Shown here: piece by piece, positions 1 to 9,028 of the stretch | Position numbering within the stretch: the stretch's first letter is position 1 | How the letters are laid out: the number at the start of each line of letters is the position of its first letter | Virus record (IMG/VR): IMGVR_UViG_3300029084_000003 | Length of the DNA: 44,044 nucleotides | Strand: one strand, 5' to 3' | From: a virus | Notes under the pieces: generated by a model | Told to the model about the DNA's origin: nothing | The model's input: the letters and a program-made list of their open reading frames with translations, nothing else | Database searches by the model: none | Made by a program: the position numbers and the translations under genes

Positions 1-118
1 CATCCGCAAAGGTAAACTGGCGGGTAATAGTCGTCTCTCGTCCTTGATTGCCAACCCATGGGGACACTCGGAAAACAACTGAATTACCAAATTTCTGTAA
101 TTCCAACTGAATGAACTT
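1..118. repeat. Terminal duplication, identical to 43927..44044 (circular-contig overlap)
   Basis: Direct comparison: the first 118 nt (catccgcaaaggtaaactgg...atgaactt) recur exactly as the last 118 nt of the window. Confidence 0.95.
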
Positions 119-1579
119 GTCATTAGTGAAAATGCTGCGATCCAACTGTTCATTGACGACCAGTTGATCTTTGTAATAGCACATCCACCAAAGCTGATCG
201 GACAATGCGCTATTATCCTTCAGTATCATCTGAAAGATTGGCTTACCGTCACTTTCTAACGTTGTTTCGAGTGCACCTACCTGTGCTACACCAGTTTGAA
301 AGCGCGTCATGACATCCCAAGTCAGATTGCTCTTAAAGTCTCCATTATGCGTCTGGGCGAGATCGTGTTTGATTGAAGGCCCATTCCAATACAAATGAGT
401 ACCAGTAATACTGGGCCAATTAGGCTCAACCTTCCAGCCATCGTAGCTGTCCTGCGTCCAAATCGCATTGCCAATCTGTTCATTAGGCATACTAGGATCA
501 CCACCCCAATAGGGATTGTTTGTGGCGGCTTGATTATCCATATGTGAGCCTTGCACGGCTGCCAAATCAAGTGCTACTTCGCTTTCTTCGGTGGTGAAAC
601 CATCTATTTCTTGCGTGCCAAATTGGAGAATACCCGGGCGATCATTAACAATCCCAACCATGCCGTTATCCGCGTGCATAGTTGCCGTAATGATTGGCTC
701 AACAGGATAAGTGCCACCATTGTGAACCATGATTGTGTTTGCGTAGTATGCTGCGTCTGCTGGGTTAGGAGACCACGTGGAATAAGTGGTGCCTTCCTCT
801 AACTTGGCTTTGAGATATTGATAGGTGCCAACATCCGTTTTTTGGAAAGCCCACGCAAGTGTCACCTCAATCTGAGCTGCTCCAGTCGTCCCTGGATCGG
901 GCCAAGTGCAGACAATCGTGCTGCGCTGATTTGCTCCCATTTGTGTGGTCACAGGAAACCCAGCCAGTGATATCCGATTGCCATTAATATCATTCGCCCA
1001 AAGTTGGAAACTGACAGCAAAATCAGCCCGCCCAAGCAAGACCGTAGCTGCATACTTTTTCCCAACGGTAGGATTGTTGAACGATCCAAGCTTTTGAATA
1101 TTCCATCCCGACCCTGTGACTGATACTGGGTCGGCGCTTGTGCCTGCCATGAGATTCAGTGGGATATCCTTGTAAGGCATATTGTCAAACGTCTGTGTGG
1201 CTACCGAGTGGGCGATGCCATCGGGAACCAGAAAATTAATAGTACCAGTGCCAAGAAAATAAGCTCGGTCCATATCAATCTTACCGTCAACTTTTGCATA
1301 CCAAAATTCATCAGGGCGATCATCAATAATTAGCTTCTGAACACCAGAGCTATAAAGCAATGGCGCTAACTGTCGTTCAAATTCACGACGAGATAGCGCC
1401 ACAAAATCATAAGTTACTGGAATGATTCTAGACTTAAGACGACTATTGATAAGCATCTCACCATCGCTAATTCCAACAGAATGGGAAGTGTTTTCAATCT
1501 CTGATGTAATTCCCCTAGCAGCACTAAACTGCAGAACGGAACTCCCAATCTTACGTCCTCCAAATATCAAGTTCGCCAA
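1..1579 (-). CDS. Distal tail protein (Dit), 5' part. The ORF runs off the left edge and continues at 43926..43589 (about 638 aa in total), with a large internal insertion (evolved Dit)
   Basis: Manual translation: TTG at 1579 directly after the TMP stop, preceded by GGAAGGGGTG. The frame stays open to base 1 (MANLIFGGRKIGSS...FIQLELQKFGNSVVFRV) and joins in frame to the 43589..44032 ORF. The track missed it because no stop lies inside the window. Its position between TMP and Tal is the canonical Dit slot. Confidence 0.75.
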   Translation of the reverse strand, partial: MANLIFGGRKIGSSVLQFSAARGITSEIENTSHSVGISDGEMLINSRLKSRIIPVTYDFVALSRREFERQLAPLLYSSGVQKLIIDDRPDEFWYAKVDGKIDMDRAYFLGTGTINFLVPDGIAHSVATQTFDNMPYKDIPLNLMAGTSADPVSVTGSGWNIQKLGSFNNPTVGKKYAATVLLGRADFAVSFQLWANDINGNRISLAGFPVTTQMGANQRSTIVCTWPDPGTTGAAQIEVTLAWAFQKTDVGTYQYLKAKLEEGTTYSTWSPNPADAAYYANTIMVHNGGTYPVEPIITATMHADNGMVGIVNDRPGILQFGTQEIDGFTTEESEVALDLAAVQGSHMDNQAATNNPYWGGDPSMPNEQIGNAIWTQDSYDGWKVEPNWPSITGTHLYWNGPSIKHDLAQTHNGDFKSNLTWDVMTRFQTGVAQVGALETTLESDGKPIFQMILKDNSALSDQLWWMCYYKDQLVVNEQLDRSIFTNDKFIQLELQKFGNSVVFRVSPWVGNQGRETTITRQFTFAD

Positions 1580-4500
1580 TTAATAAACACCCCTTCCATG
1601 TCTTTCTCTGATTGTGTTTTGCTTATCCAGCTCATTAATTGTTGGGTACAACCATTTGCCAATTTCGCGGTTATTTTCCAGCACCACTTTGCCTTCAGTA
1701 CGTTGTGTATGATTAATCTGATAAATTGTTAATTCGATCAGTCTTGCAAGCAAATCCTCAACACGACTATTGCCACCACTATAAATGCTGGTAACAAAGG
1801 TTTGCGGATTCAATTGGTTTATTCTATTAGCAGCGCCTCCGAAGTCTGTGGTGCCGCCAGCAAAACGTGGAATCGAGTAGTTTCTTGCGGACTGCATGGC
1901 AGTTTCAATTTTTGTATGTCGAGGAAGTGGTAAGGTAACATTTCGCCCATATGCCACAAATTTTGCTCCATTTGGTAGTGTGACGACCTCTTGATAACGA
2001 GTGCCAGATGCGTCGTTAATAGTTGCTAATCCACCGGTAAAGTTTTGAGTGCCTCGTGCAAACTTGCCACTGTTCAAAAGTCGTTGTACAGCGGGATCAA
2101 TATCTGCACTAATCCTGAATGTTTTTGTGATGGTAGCATTGCCACCGAATGCAGCAACCGCATTAACACCAATTTGTGACGCTGATGAAACACCATCTGC
2201 GTTACCATTGAAAAACATCATAATCGGTACTTTGCTGTTAAACGATGTTATGCTACTTTTACCTGACTTAGATGCTCCATCAACGCTTCCCGAATTTCCT
2301 TGGAAGAAACGCATGAGAGGATTTGTAGCGTTGAAGCTGCCTATTTCTTCCTTTCCTTTTTCCGCATGATTTGTCACGCTGCTTGAATCGCCGGGAAACA
2401 GTTTTAATCCCGGCAATACCTCGTTATACTTAGCAATACTCGTTCCGCCTGAAGATGATTCATGTTTAACCTTACTTGCATCGGCAGGGAACAGTTTTAA
2501 TCCCGGTAGAACTTCGTTGTATTTCTGAATGCTCCCTTTGGCTTCTTCTGTTTTTCCAAGCACATCAGTATTATTTGCTTTTAGCCCTTTTTCGTTGGGG
2601 TTCTTAAACAAATTATATTGATCAATTGCAACTCCAGCTTTTTCCAATTTTGTACGAGCATCGGAATCGTTCATCAACAGACTTTTGGTAGAGTTTGGAA
2701 GGCTGTTCCAAAGACCGTATTTAACAACCATATCGGCTAAGTCGGATTTGCCTTTGGTCTGCATAATAGCAGTTTTTTCTTCTATTGATAGGCCATTCCA
2801 CTCTCCGGCTTTGATCATGGCCTGGACTAAGCCTGCAGAAGCCTTATCTTTAACGATTGCTTCTAGCTGGCCAAGAGTTAATCGATTCCAGTCATTTGCT
2901 TTATCAATAGCAGCTATCAAAGAGCTGGTATCGCCCTTTGCTACAGCCTTGATTTCTTTTGGTGTAAGTGTATTCCACAAATTTAGCTGATCAATAATAT
3001 CAGCGATGTCTTGCTTGCCAAAAGAAACTAGGGTTGCATATTTCTGCGTATTTGGAAGCTTGTTCCAAACTCCCATGTCAAAAATGATGTCTTCAAGATC
3101 TTTCTTGCCTTTAGCATTGACAATCGCTTCTTGAACTTTTAAGTCGAGCTTCTGCCACTCGCCGGTTTGCTGAAGTGAAGATACTAATGGCACTGTTGCT
3201 TTATCCTTAACAATGGCTTCTTGCTGTTTCAAGGTGAGATTGTTCCAGTCTCCACTCTTGACTAAAGCATTTACTAAAGGCGTGTAATCGCCCTTCACAA
3301 TTACTTGCTGATCCTTAAGCGACAGACTATTCCAGGAAACAAACTTATCCATAATATCAGCAAGTTGCTCGCGTCCCTGAGTACGGATAATTGCATTCTT
3401 TTCGGGAACGCTCAATTTCTGCCATTGTTCAGATGATGCCAGCGCTTCGACAATCATTTGCTTGGCATTTGATGTAATCTTGGCGTACTTGAGGTCAAAG
3501 ACAAGTTGCTTCCAACCTTTTTTAGTGCTGGCCGTATCTTTCAACACTTCAGGAAGATTTGTTTTAACTTTTCCTGTTTTGGTGTCAAATACAAGATTGT
3601 TCCAGTGGTCACCTGCCTGTTGCGCAGCTTTGCCAAATCCTTCAGTTGCGGCCGCAAAGTCGCGATTACTCTTGACGCCTTTCGCCATAGCATTTTCGTA
3701 ACTATTCATCGCAGACTCTGCTTGCGATGCTGTCAGATGAAAGTCAGTTTGCAGTTCCGCTAGCATTTCGGAGCGAGACGTTCCCTGTGCTTTCATGGCT
3801 TGGATAGCACCGGCATAGAGGCTCTTCATCTTATTCTGGTGATCGCGTTCTAAACCTTCTAAAGCAACGTGACGCATGGTCGCATCATTCTTGAATTCTT
3901 CATTAATTTTTGCTTGTTGCGACTTGTATGCACTGTTTTCTTTGTTAGCAGCGTTCCACATATCTTGATACTGCTCTAGGGCAGCACTCTTAGACATTCG
4001 TGTTCTCTCACCAAGGACAGCTTTGAGCACATTATTCTGTTGTGATCCAGAAATCTGTAGCGTCTTGACAGCCAGTGCGGCATTTTTACGACGGTAGTTA
4101 TCCAACAGTTGATACTGGTCAGCCGTCATCTGTGCTCCGCTCTTGTTAAACGATGCAGTAATGGCTTGGGCCTTTTTGTTGTTGCTTTCCATCTCTTTGA
4201 TTCGCTTAGCGTTAGCGGCTTTTTCCTTAGCGGCCTGCTTTTCAATGTTGTCTGCGGCTTCACCGCCGAGGCTTTTAGCCAATTTCTTTGCTGCTGTCTC
4301 AGACTGATCAGCGGCTTCTTTTGCGGCCTTCGTTAAATCATTGAACCCTTTAGAAATCGTCTTAGCATTCTGGGTGACTGTGTGGTTTGTATCATCAAAA
4401 GCACCAGAAATTTCCCCAGAGGCATCTTTCATTTTGGAAGCAGATCGGTCGGCATCGGCACCAATATCAGTACCCCATCGTGAAGTTCTGTCAGCAGACT

Positions 4501-6433
4501 CAAGAGCCTTTTTGCCCCACAATTCCCATATGGCTACACCGGCACCGACGACTGCTGTCACACCTAAAACAACTGGGACGATTGGTCCCAATGCCGCTAG
4601 CAAACCTGTTCCGCTCGCTGCGGCTCCGCCCATGGCCGCTCCCATTCCAGAAGCACCCTCTGCTGCCGCAGCCGCTGCAGGCGCAACCTTCAGTGCTTCA
4701 AAAGCTGTCTTACTAAACCCAGACTTGAGCACATCCATTGCAGTCCCGCCAATTTTTGCGGCTGTAGCGGCTCGTCCAATACCTCCCGTAACAGAAGCAA
4801 ATACAGTGGCACCGCCTTTAAGGATGTTGAGCATCCCGCCAAGAGAAGAACTTATAGGACCAATGACTGCTGCAAACAGTGCAAACTTAACGATTGACTG
4901 CTGAGTACCTGAGTCTAGCTTTCCGAACGCTTGCACCATTTGCGTTGCGGTTTTAATCATCGGTGTCAAAGCAGGTAGTAAGTTCTGGCCAATTTCGATG
5001 CCAAGGACTTGAATCGAGCTTTTGAGCTTGTTAAAGTTCGCAGCAGCGGTATTACCCATGGCATCAGATACTTTTTTAGTTGCCCCAGCAGCACTAGCAG
5101 TTTTATTAGTCAAATCAACCAGTGCAGAGCTACCTTGGTTCATTAATGCAAGCATAGCACGTCCACCACGCTCACCAAATGCAGCATTAACTGCGGCAAC
5201 CTTTTGAGCGTCAGACATACCTTTGGTTTTTTGTGTGACCTGATCGATGACTTCCGGCAAGCCAATCGTGCCTTTTTTGAAGGCTGCCACATTTACGCCG
5301 AGAGCAGACATAGGCGAATCGGCCTTTTCAGATGCACCAGCAAGCTTTTGCAACATCGCATTGAATGCTGTACCTGCCATTGATCCTTGCAGGCCTGCGT
5401 TCGATAGTAGGCCAATCGCTGCCACCGTTTCATTTAGCGAGATACCCGCCGCATTTGCTGATTGTCCAGTGTACTGCATGGCCTCGCCCATATCACCAAA
5501 GCCAGACTTGGTGGCATTAGCTGCATAAGTCATGGCATCGGTTACTTTTGACACATTACCCGCCTTGACATTGAACTGTGTCATCGTTGAGGTGACGACA
5601 TCCATTGTGGTGTTGAAGTCATCGCCAGAAGCGCGTGATGCGTCCAAGATTGCAGGCATCATTTTCATCGACTGATTAGCATCATAACCAGCACGAACTA
5701 AATCGGCCAATCCTTGGTTAATCTGAGTAGTCGAAATACCATATTGAACTGACCACTTTTTAGAAGCATCAGCCATTTGGTTAAGCTGCGCTTTGAACTT
5801 GCCAGTAACGGCTGCGCCATTTGTTAGCAGCGGGCCAATAGCATCAATCTGACTGTTGAAATCAATGGCTGACTTTGCAGCTGCTGCAAAGCCAACAGCT
5901 AATGGCGCAGTGACAGTTGCCGTCATTTTAGAGCCAAAACCTGTAAGCTTAGACCCGATTTTTCCTGTAGCAGTAGCAAATTTAGAGGCGCCGTTTGATA
6001 CTTTAGTCCAGCCGTCACTTTGCAGCGCAATCTCTTTGCGTAAGGCCGCCATTCGATTTTCATTTTGAGCAGCAGCGGCAGCAGTCCGATTATACTGTGA
6101 TGCAGCATTAGCTTGCAGCTTTGTAGCACGATTAATTTCTTCCTGCGATGCAGTCTCGCTTTTATTAAGTCTTTCAACCGCTTTCGAATTTTCATCATAC
6201 TGTTTTCGCTGTTTCTGAAGCTGAGCTTGGTAGTTCTTTGATTGGCGGCTCAATGTGTCATAGGTTGAACGCATGTTGTTGATAGACTTTTCAGAGCCCT
6301 TAAACGCAGCATCTTGAGCCCGCAACTCAGCGGCAGTTGCTTTAATTGAAGAATTCAAAACTCGCTGGCTTACTTGAAACGGATCAATGTTCAAACTTAC
6401 GGTAGCCGCAATTTGTCCGAGATTTCCTAACAT
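1580..6433 (-). CDS. Tail tape measure protein
   Basis: 1617 aa, coiled-coil N-terminus, Gly/Ala-rich hydrophobic segment, long internal repeats. Lies after the G/GT chaperones and before Dit. Confidence 0.9.
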   Translation of the reverse strand: MLGNLGQIAATVSLNIDPFQVSQRVLNSSIKATAAELRAQDAAFKGSEKSINNMRSTYDTLSRQSKNYQAQLQKQRKQYDENSKAVERLNKSETASQEEINRATKLQANAASQYNRTAAAAAQNENRMAALRKEIALQSDGWTKVSNGASKFATATGKIGSKLTGFGSKMTATVTAPLAVGFAAAAKSAIDFNSQIDAIGPLLTNGAAVTGKFKAQLNQMADASKKWSVQYGISTTQINQGLADLVRAGYDANQSMKMMPAILDASRASGDDFNTTMDVVTSTMTQFNVKAGNVSKVTDAMTYAANATKSGFGDMGEAMQYTGQSANAAGISLNETVAAIGLLSNAGLQGSMAGTAFNAMLQKLAGASEKADSPMSALGVNVAAFKKGTIGLPEVIDQVTQKTKGMSDAQKVAAVNAAFGERGGRAMLALMNQGSSALVDLTNKTASAAGATKKVSDAMGNTAAANFNKLKSSIQVLGIEIGQNLLPALTPMIKTATQMVQAFGKLDSGTQQSIVKFALFAAVIGPISSSLGGMLNILKGGATVFASVTGGIGRAATAAKIGGTAMDVLKSGFSKTAFEALKVAPAAAAAAEGASGMGAAMGGAAASGTGLLAALGPIVPVVLGVTAVVGAGVAIWELWGKKALESADRTSRWGTDIGADADRSASKMKDASGEISGAFDDTNHTVTQNAKTISKGFNDLTKAAKEAADQSETAAKKLAKSLGGEAADNIEKQAAKEKAANAKRIKEMESNNKKAQAITASFNKSGAQMTADQYQLLDNYRRKNAALAVKTLQISGSQQNNVLKAVLGERTRMSKSAALEQYQDMWNAANKENSAYKSQQAKINEEFKNDATMRHVALEGLERDHQNKMKSLYAGAIQAMKAQGTSRSEMLAELQTDFHLTASQAESAMNSYENAMAKGVKSNRDFAAATEGFGKAAQQAGDHWNNLVFDTKTGKVKTNLPEVLKDTASTKKGWKQLVFDLKYAKITSNAKQMIVEALASSEQWQKLSVPEKNAIIRTQGREQLADIMDKFVSWNSLSLKDQQVIVKGDYTPLVNALVKSGDWNNLTLKQQEAIVKDKATVPLVSSLQQTGEWQKLDLKVQEAIVNAKGKKDLEDIIFDMGVWNKLPNTQKYATLVSFGKQDIADIIDQLNLWNTLTPKEIKAVAKGDTSSLIAAIDKANDWNRLTLGQLEAIVKDKASAGLVQAMIKAGEWNGLSIEEKTAIMQTKGKSDLADMVVKYGLWNSLPNSTKSLLMNDSDARTKLEKAGVAIDQYNLFKNPNEKGLKANNTDVLGKTEEAKGSIQKYNEVLPGLKLFPADASKVKHESSSGGTSIAKYNEVLPGLKLFPGDSSSVTNHAEKGKEEIGSFNATNPLMRFFQGNSGSVDGASKSGKSSITSFNSKVPIMMFFNGNADGVSSASQIGVNAVAAFGGNATITKTFRISADIDPAVQRLLNSGKFARGTQNFTGGLATINDASGTRYQEVVTLPNGAKFVAYGRNVTLPLPRHTKIETAMQSARNYSIPRFAGGTTDFGGAANRINQLNPQTFVTSIYSGGNSRVEDLLARLIELTIYQINHTQRTEGKVVLENNREIGKWLYPTINELDKQNTIRERHGRGVY

Positions 6434-6454
6434 GTTTTACCTCCTTTCATAGAA

Positions 6455-6969
6455 CTAGAAAAGGAACGGAAAGGCCTTGTCGATCGTGGTCTCCCGTTCC
6501 TCGTAAATCTGGTTAAGCTTTTCAATATCGCGGAGCGTCATAGCATCAACGTCAGCTAATCGGTAGCCTTCAGAGAGCCTTGCTTTGTAGAAGTCGTCAA
6601 GGTTGCTAATGGCTTCTTTGACGTCCGCTTCGGTGATTTTTTTTCTGTGTCCTTCTTATCCTCTTCACCATCGCTTAGAGAATCGCCAATGGCATCATTG
6701 ATTGAATCCAACGATTTCAAAGAAATAGACGAGCCATCAATAACATCATCGGTAGTAAACTGGTTTTTCCAGAAATCAACCGCAAATTTGGCTAAGTTTT
6801 TCTCGTTCTCATCGTAATCATCGTTTGAAGGGCCATCTTTACGGTTTAGCATGCGCAATTGTTGTTGCTGTACTTTTAAGGCGTTCGTGGTATCACGTAA
6901 TGTTGGCTCTCCATTTCGTGTGAACACGCACGTTTCACCTTTGATATTTAGTTTAATTTGATATGCCAT
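6455..6969 (-). CDS. Tail assembly chaperone G-T fusion, made by -1 frameshift at the A-run 6637..6644
   Basis: After a -1 slip the frame reads KKITEADVKEAISNLDDFYKARLSEGYRLADVDAMTLRDIEKLNQIYEERETTIDKAFPFLF and stops at 6455. This matches the conserved gpG/gpGT arrangement of long-tailed phages. Confidence 0.6.
6556..6969 (-). CDS. Tail assembly chaperone (gpG-like)
   Basis: Start at MAYQIKLNIKGE (ATG 6969) with RBS AAAAGGAGA. Acidic small protein between the major tail protein and TMP. Contains the A8 slippery run near its 3' end. Confidence 0.7.
   Translation of the reverse strand: MAYQIKLNIKGETCVFTRNGEPTLRDTTNALKVQQQQLRMLNRKDGPSNDDYDENEKNLAKFAVDFWKNQFTTDDVIDGSSISLKSLDSINDAIGDSLSDGEEDKKDTEKKSPKRTSKKPLATLTTSTKQGSLKATD
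6637..6644 (-). promoter_or_regulatory. Slippery run A AAA AAA (G/GT -1 frameshift site)
   Basis: Eight consecutive A on the coding strand (GAA AAA AAA TCA). Confidence 0.6.
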
Positions 6970-7042
6970 GCTTAATCTCCTTTTTAGGTATAAGCCGCCC
7001 GCTGTTCGCGTATTGTGCATTTACAAGGCGACAAGTTTATTG

Positions 7043-7297
7043 CTAAGCCACAGTTACAGTTGCGGTGGCAGTTTTACCACCATCATCAGTTGTGGCTGTC
7101 ACAGTTGCAGATCCCACTTTCACACCGGTCACAGTTCCATCACTGGAAACAGTGGCAATGCTAGAATCTGATGTTTTGAAAGTAACTTGTTTATTTGCGG
7201 CATCAGCCGGATTAATTTGCACTTTCAGCGCTGTAGATGCGCCAACCGCAAGATTAATCGAACTGTTCTCAAAGCTGACACCGACTACGCTTTTGGG
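7043..7297 (-). CDS. Ig-like (Big_2-type) C-terminal extension of the major tail protein, reached by -1 frameshift
   Basis: The -1 frame after CCCAAAA reads PKSVVGVSFENSSINLAVGASTALKVQINPADAANKQVTFKTSDSSIATVSSDGTVTGVKVGSATVTATTDDGGKTATATVTVA*. It has no start codon of its own. Confidence 0.7.
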   Translation of the reverse strand, partial: PKSVVGVSFENSSINLAVGASTALKVQINPADAANKQVTFKTSDSSIATVSSDGTVTGVKVGSATVTATTDDGGKTATATVTVA

Positions 7298-7893
7298 GCA
7301 ATAGTCGCATCTTCAGCGGTCTTAGGGAATACATAGCCGTGGAAGGTATCGAAATCAAACCCATCGTTGTCTTCCCGACCAATCAACACAACATTACCAG
7401 TATCTTGGTCACCACGAGGAATAAATGAGCCTTCGATGCTGTCAGCGCTCGGATCTGGTGTGCCATCAACCGTCTTGGTATCAACGCCCGGAAGTGAGAA
7501 CATTCCCTTTAGCATACCAACCCAAACGTATTTACCATTTGAGAGCTTCGTACGGAACAAAGTTGCGGCGTAATTAGGGCTAAGGTTCTTTGGATATACT
7601 TCAACTCCATTAACAACCTTAATGCCAAATAAATCAGACTTCATCTGTGAATCCACATCGTACATTTCGATTGTTTCGGTTGCTTCTGTGATACCACCAG
7701 AAAGAATCAAGTACGGGCCATCATCAGCGGACAGCGTCTTTTGCTCTGTTTTAATATCCAATTTCACACTAGATAAGCCTTGAATCTTTCGTGTACTAGG
7801 TACAAAGTCGTCATCACCGACAACCCCGTATTCAAAGGCCGAAGCCCCAAATTTTGCTAACTTCTTATTAGTTGTAACAGCAGTATCTGCCAT
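7285..7893 (-). CDS. Major tail protein
   Basis: 202 aa, beta-rich. Sits between the tail-completion genes and the chaperones. Ends ...ATIAPKA with C CCA AAA GCG TAG. Confidence 0.8.
   Translation of the reverse strand: MADTAVTTNKKLAKFGASAFEYGVVGDDDFVPSTRKIQGLSSVKLDIKTEQKTLSADDGPYLILSGGITEATETIEMYDVDSQMKSDLFGIKVVNGVEVYPKNLSPNYAATLFRTKLSNGKYVWVGMLKGMFSLPGVDTKTVDGTPDPSADSIEGSFIPRGDQDTGNVVLIGREDNDGFDFDTFHGYVFPKTAEDATIAPKA
7291..7297 (-). promoter_or_regulatory. Slippery heptamer C CCA AAA (-1 PRF, tail gene)
   Basis: Plus strand ttttggg. It is the last Pro-Lys codons, one codon before the stop, and matches the capsid-gene site. Confidence 0.7.
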
Positions 7894-7926
7894 ATTTAAA
7901 ATCCTCCTTTAGGAAAATAAAAAGGG

Positions 7927-8313
7927 CTAGCCAATCGGCAGTCCTTGAAACTGAAAGTATCCTGTTGTCATACGGAGGGCTGGGGTATCACCATCAACGT
8001 AGGAGTTGCGATAATACCTTTCCCAGCCAGCCGCATGTAGTGCTTGATATATCTGTGTTTCAATTTTTTCTTGTTGATCCCAGTCCGTTTTGTCCACCCA
8101 AAAATCTACTTGTACTTTCGGATACTCTAGGATTCTAGAATCGTCAGCATAATCAGCAGTATCACCGGGCAAAGAAGTAATTCTCACCCATGGAGCTAAA
8201 CTTTCGGGAGTTACGCTTGTCTGGTTATTGAAGTCTGGGGTACCTATATATACCTTGTCAGCAATATCCAAATTGGCTGACAGGATGTCATAAACACGTT
8301 TTTCAGGTGCCAT
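7927..8313 (-). CDS. Tail completion/terminator-like protein
   Basis: 128 aa. Called by position in the head-tail joining cluster just upstream of the major tail protein. Confidence 0.5.
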   Translation of the reverse strand: MAPEKRVYDILSANLDIADKVYIGTPDFNNQTSVTPESLAPWVRITSLPGDTADYADDSRILEYPKVQVDFWVDKTDWDQQEKIETQIYQALHAAGWERYYRNSYVDGDTPALRMTTGYFQFQGLPIG

Positions 8314-8699
8314 TACATCCCGCCTTCCTTCAAGTGACTTAGGAAAGTAGCGATAACAACTGGCCGCATAACTTCTTGCGTTTCCTCAATGAAATGCTGC
8401 GGGTTTTGCAAAGAGGTTCCAGAGTTTGGAAAGTGAGCACGCCAGCCGGTATCTTTACCATATCCAACGTCTACTTCTGTTACACCACTCGTTTCACGGA
8501 CACTTGAAAGCTGAATATCATTTTTCAAATGCCCGCTCATATCAGTCTCGCCGTCCCATTCGGGCGTATTGCTCTTTAGCTTGTCGGCAAACTTTTGTGC
8601 GCCATCTCGGACAGCCGCTCGAGCTTCTTTTGCAACCCCAAATTGGAGTTTGTTAAGATTAGCGAGCAGTTCAGCATCCCCTGTGACTTTTACGCCCAT
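8313..8699 (-). CDS. HK97 gp10-like head-tail joining protein
   Basis: 128 aa starting MGVKVTGDAELLANLNKL...AKEARAAVRDGAQKFADKLKSNTP, typical of the HK97 gp10 family. ATGA-type overlaps with both neighbours. Confidence 0.65.
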   Translation of the reverse strand: MGVKVTGDAELLANLNKLQFGVAKEARAAVRDGAQKFADKLKSNTPEWDGETDMSGHLKNDIQLSSVRETSGVTEVDVGYGKDTGWRAHFPNSGTSLQNPQHFIEETQEVMRPVVIATFLSHLKEGGM

Positions 8700-9028
8700 C
8701 AGCTCACCGCCTTTGCCGTAATCGTTGTCAGATCGCGCCTCTCGTAATCAGGATCAAGCCCTGTGATTTGATATTCATTACCACGCCATTGAATTCTCCA
8801 AGTTGGTTGGATTTCCTCTGCGGTCAAAAATCGCACTAAAAAAGTCGGGCTGTCTTTGCGAGTGCCCAACTTCGTCTGTGGATCATTTGCTTCTCTGATT
8901 GGTACCTTAGGAACTTCAGCCCAAACCGTCATATGCTTAACAAGCACACCATCAACCGGAACTCCGTTAACCTTTTTTGACTCATAGCTGACGAACGCAA
9001 TTCTCTCAGTCATTCGATTAGTTCGCAT
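8699..9028 (-). CDS. Head closure / head-tail adaptor protein
   Basis: The track ORF was trimmed to MRTNRMTERIAFVSYE (ATG 9028) to remove the overlap with the upstream gene. Called by size and position. Confidence 0.55.
   Translation of the reverse strand: MRTNRMTERIAFVSYESKKVNGVPVDGVLVKHMTVWAEVPKVPIREANDPQTKLGTRKDSPTFLVRFLTAEEIQPTWRIQWRGNEYQITGLDPDYERRDLTTITAKAVS

Noticed and set aside
2049-6198. Numerous plus- and minus-strand ORFs of 60-190 aa inside the tape measure gene
   Set aside because: They are shadow ORFs of a long Ala/Gly/Lys-rich gene, with repetitive low-complexity translations and no RBSs. The 1617-aa frame explains the region.
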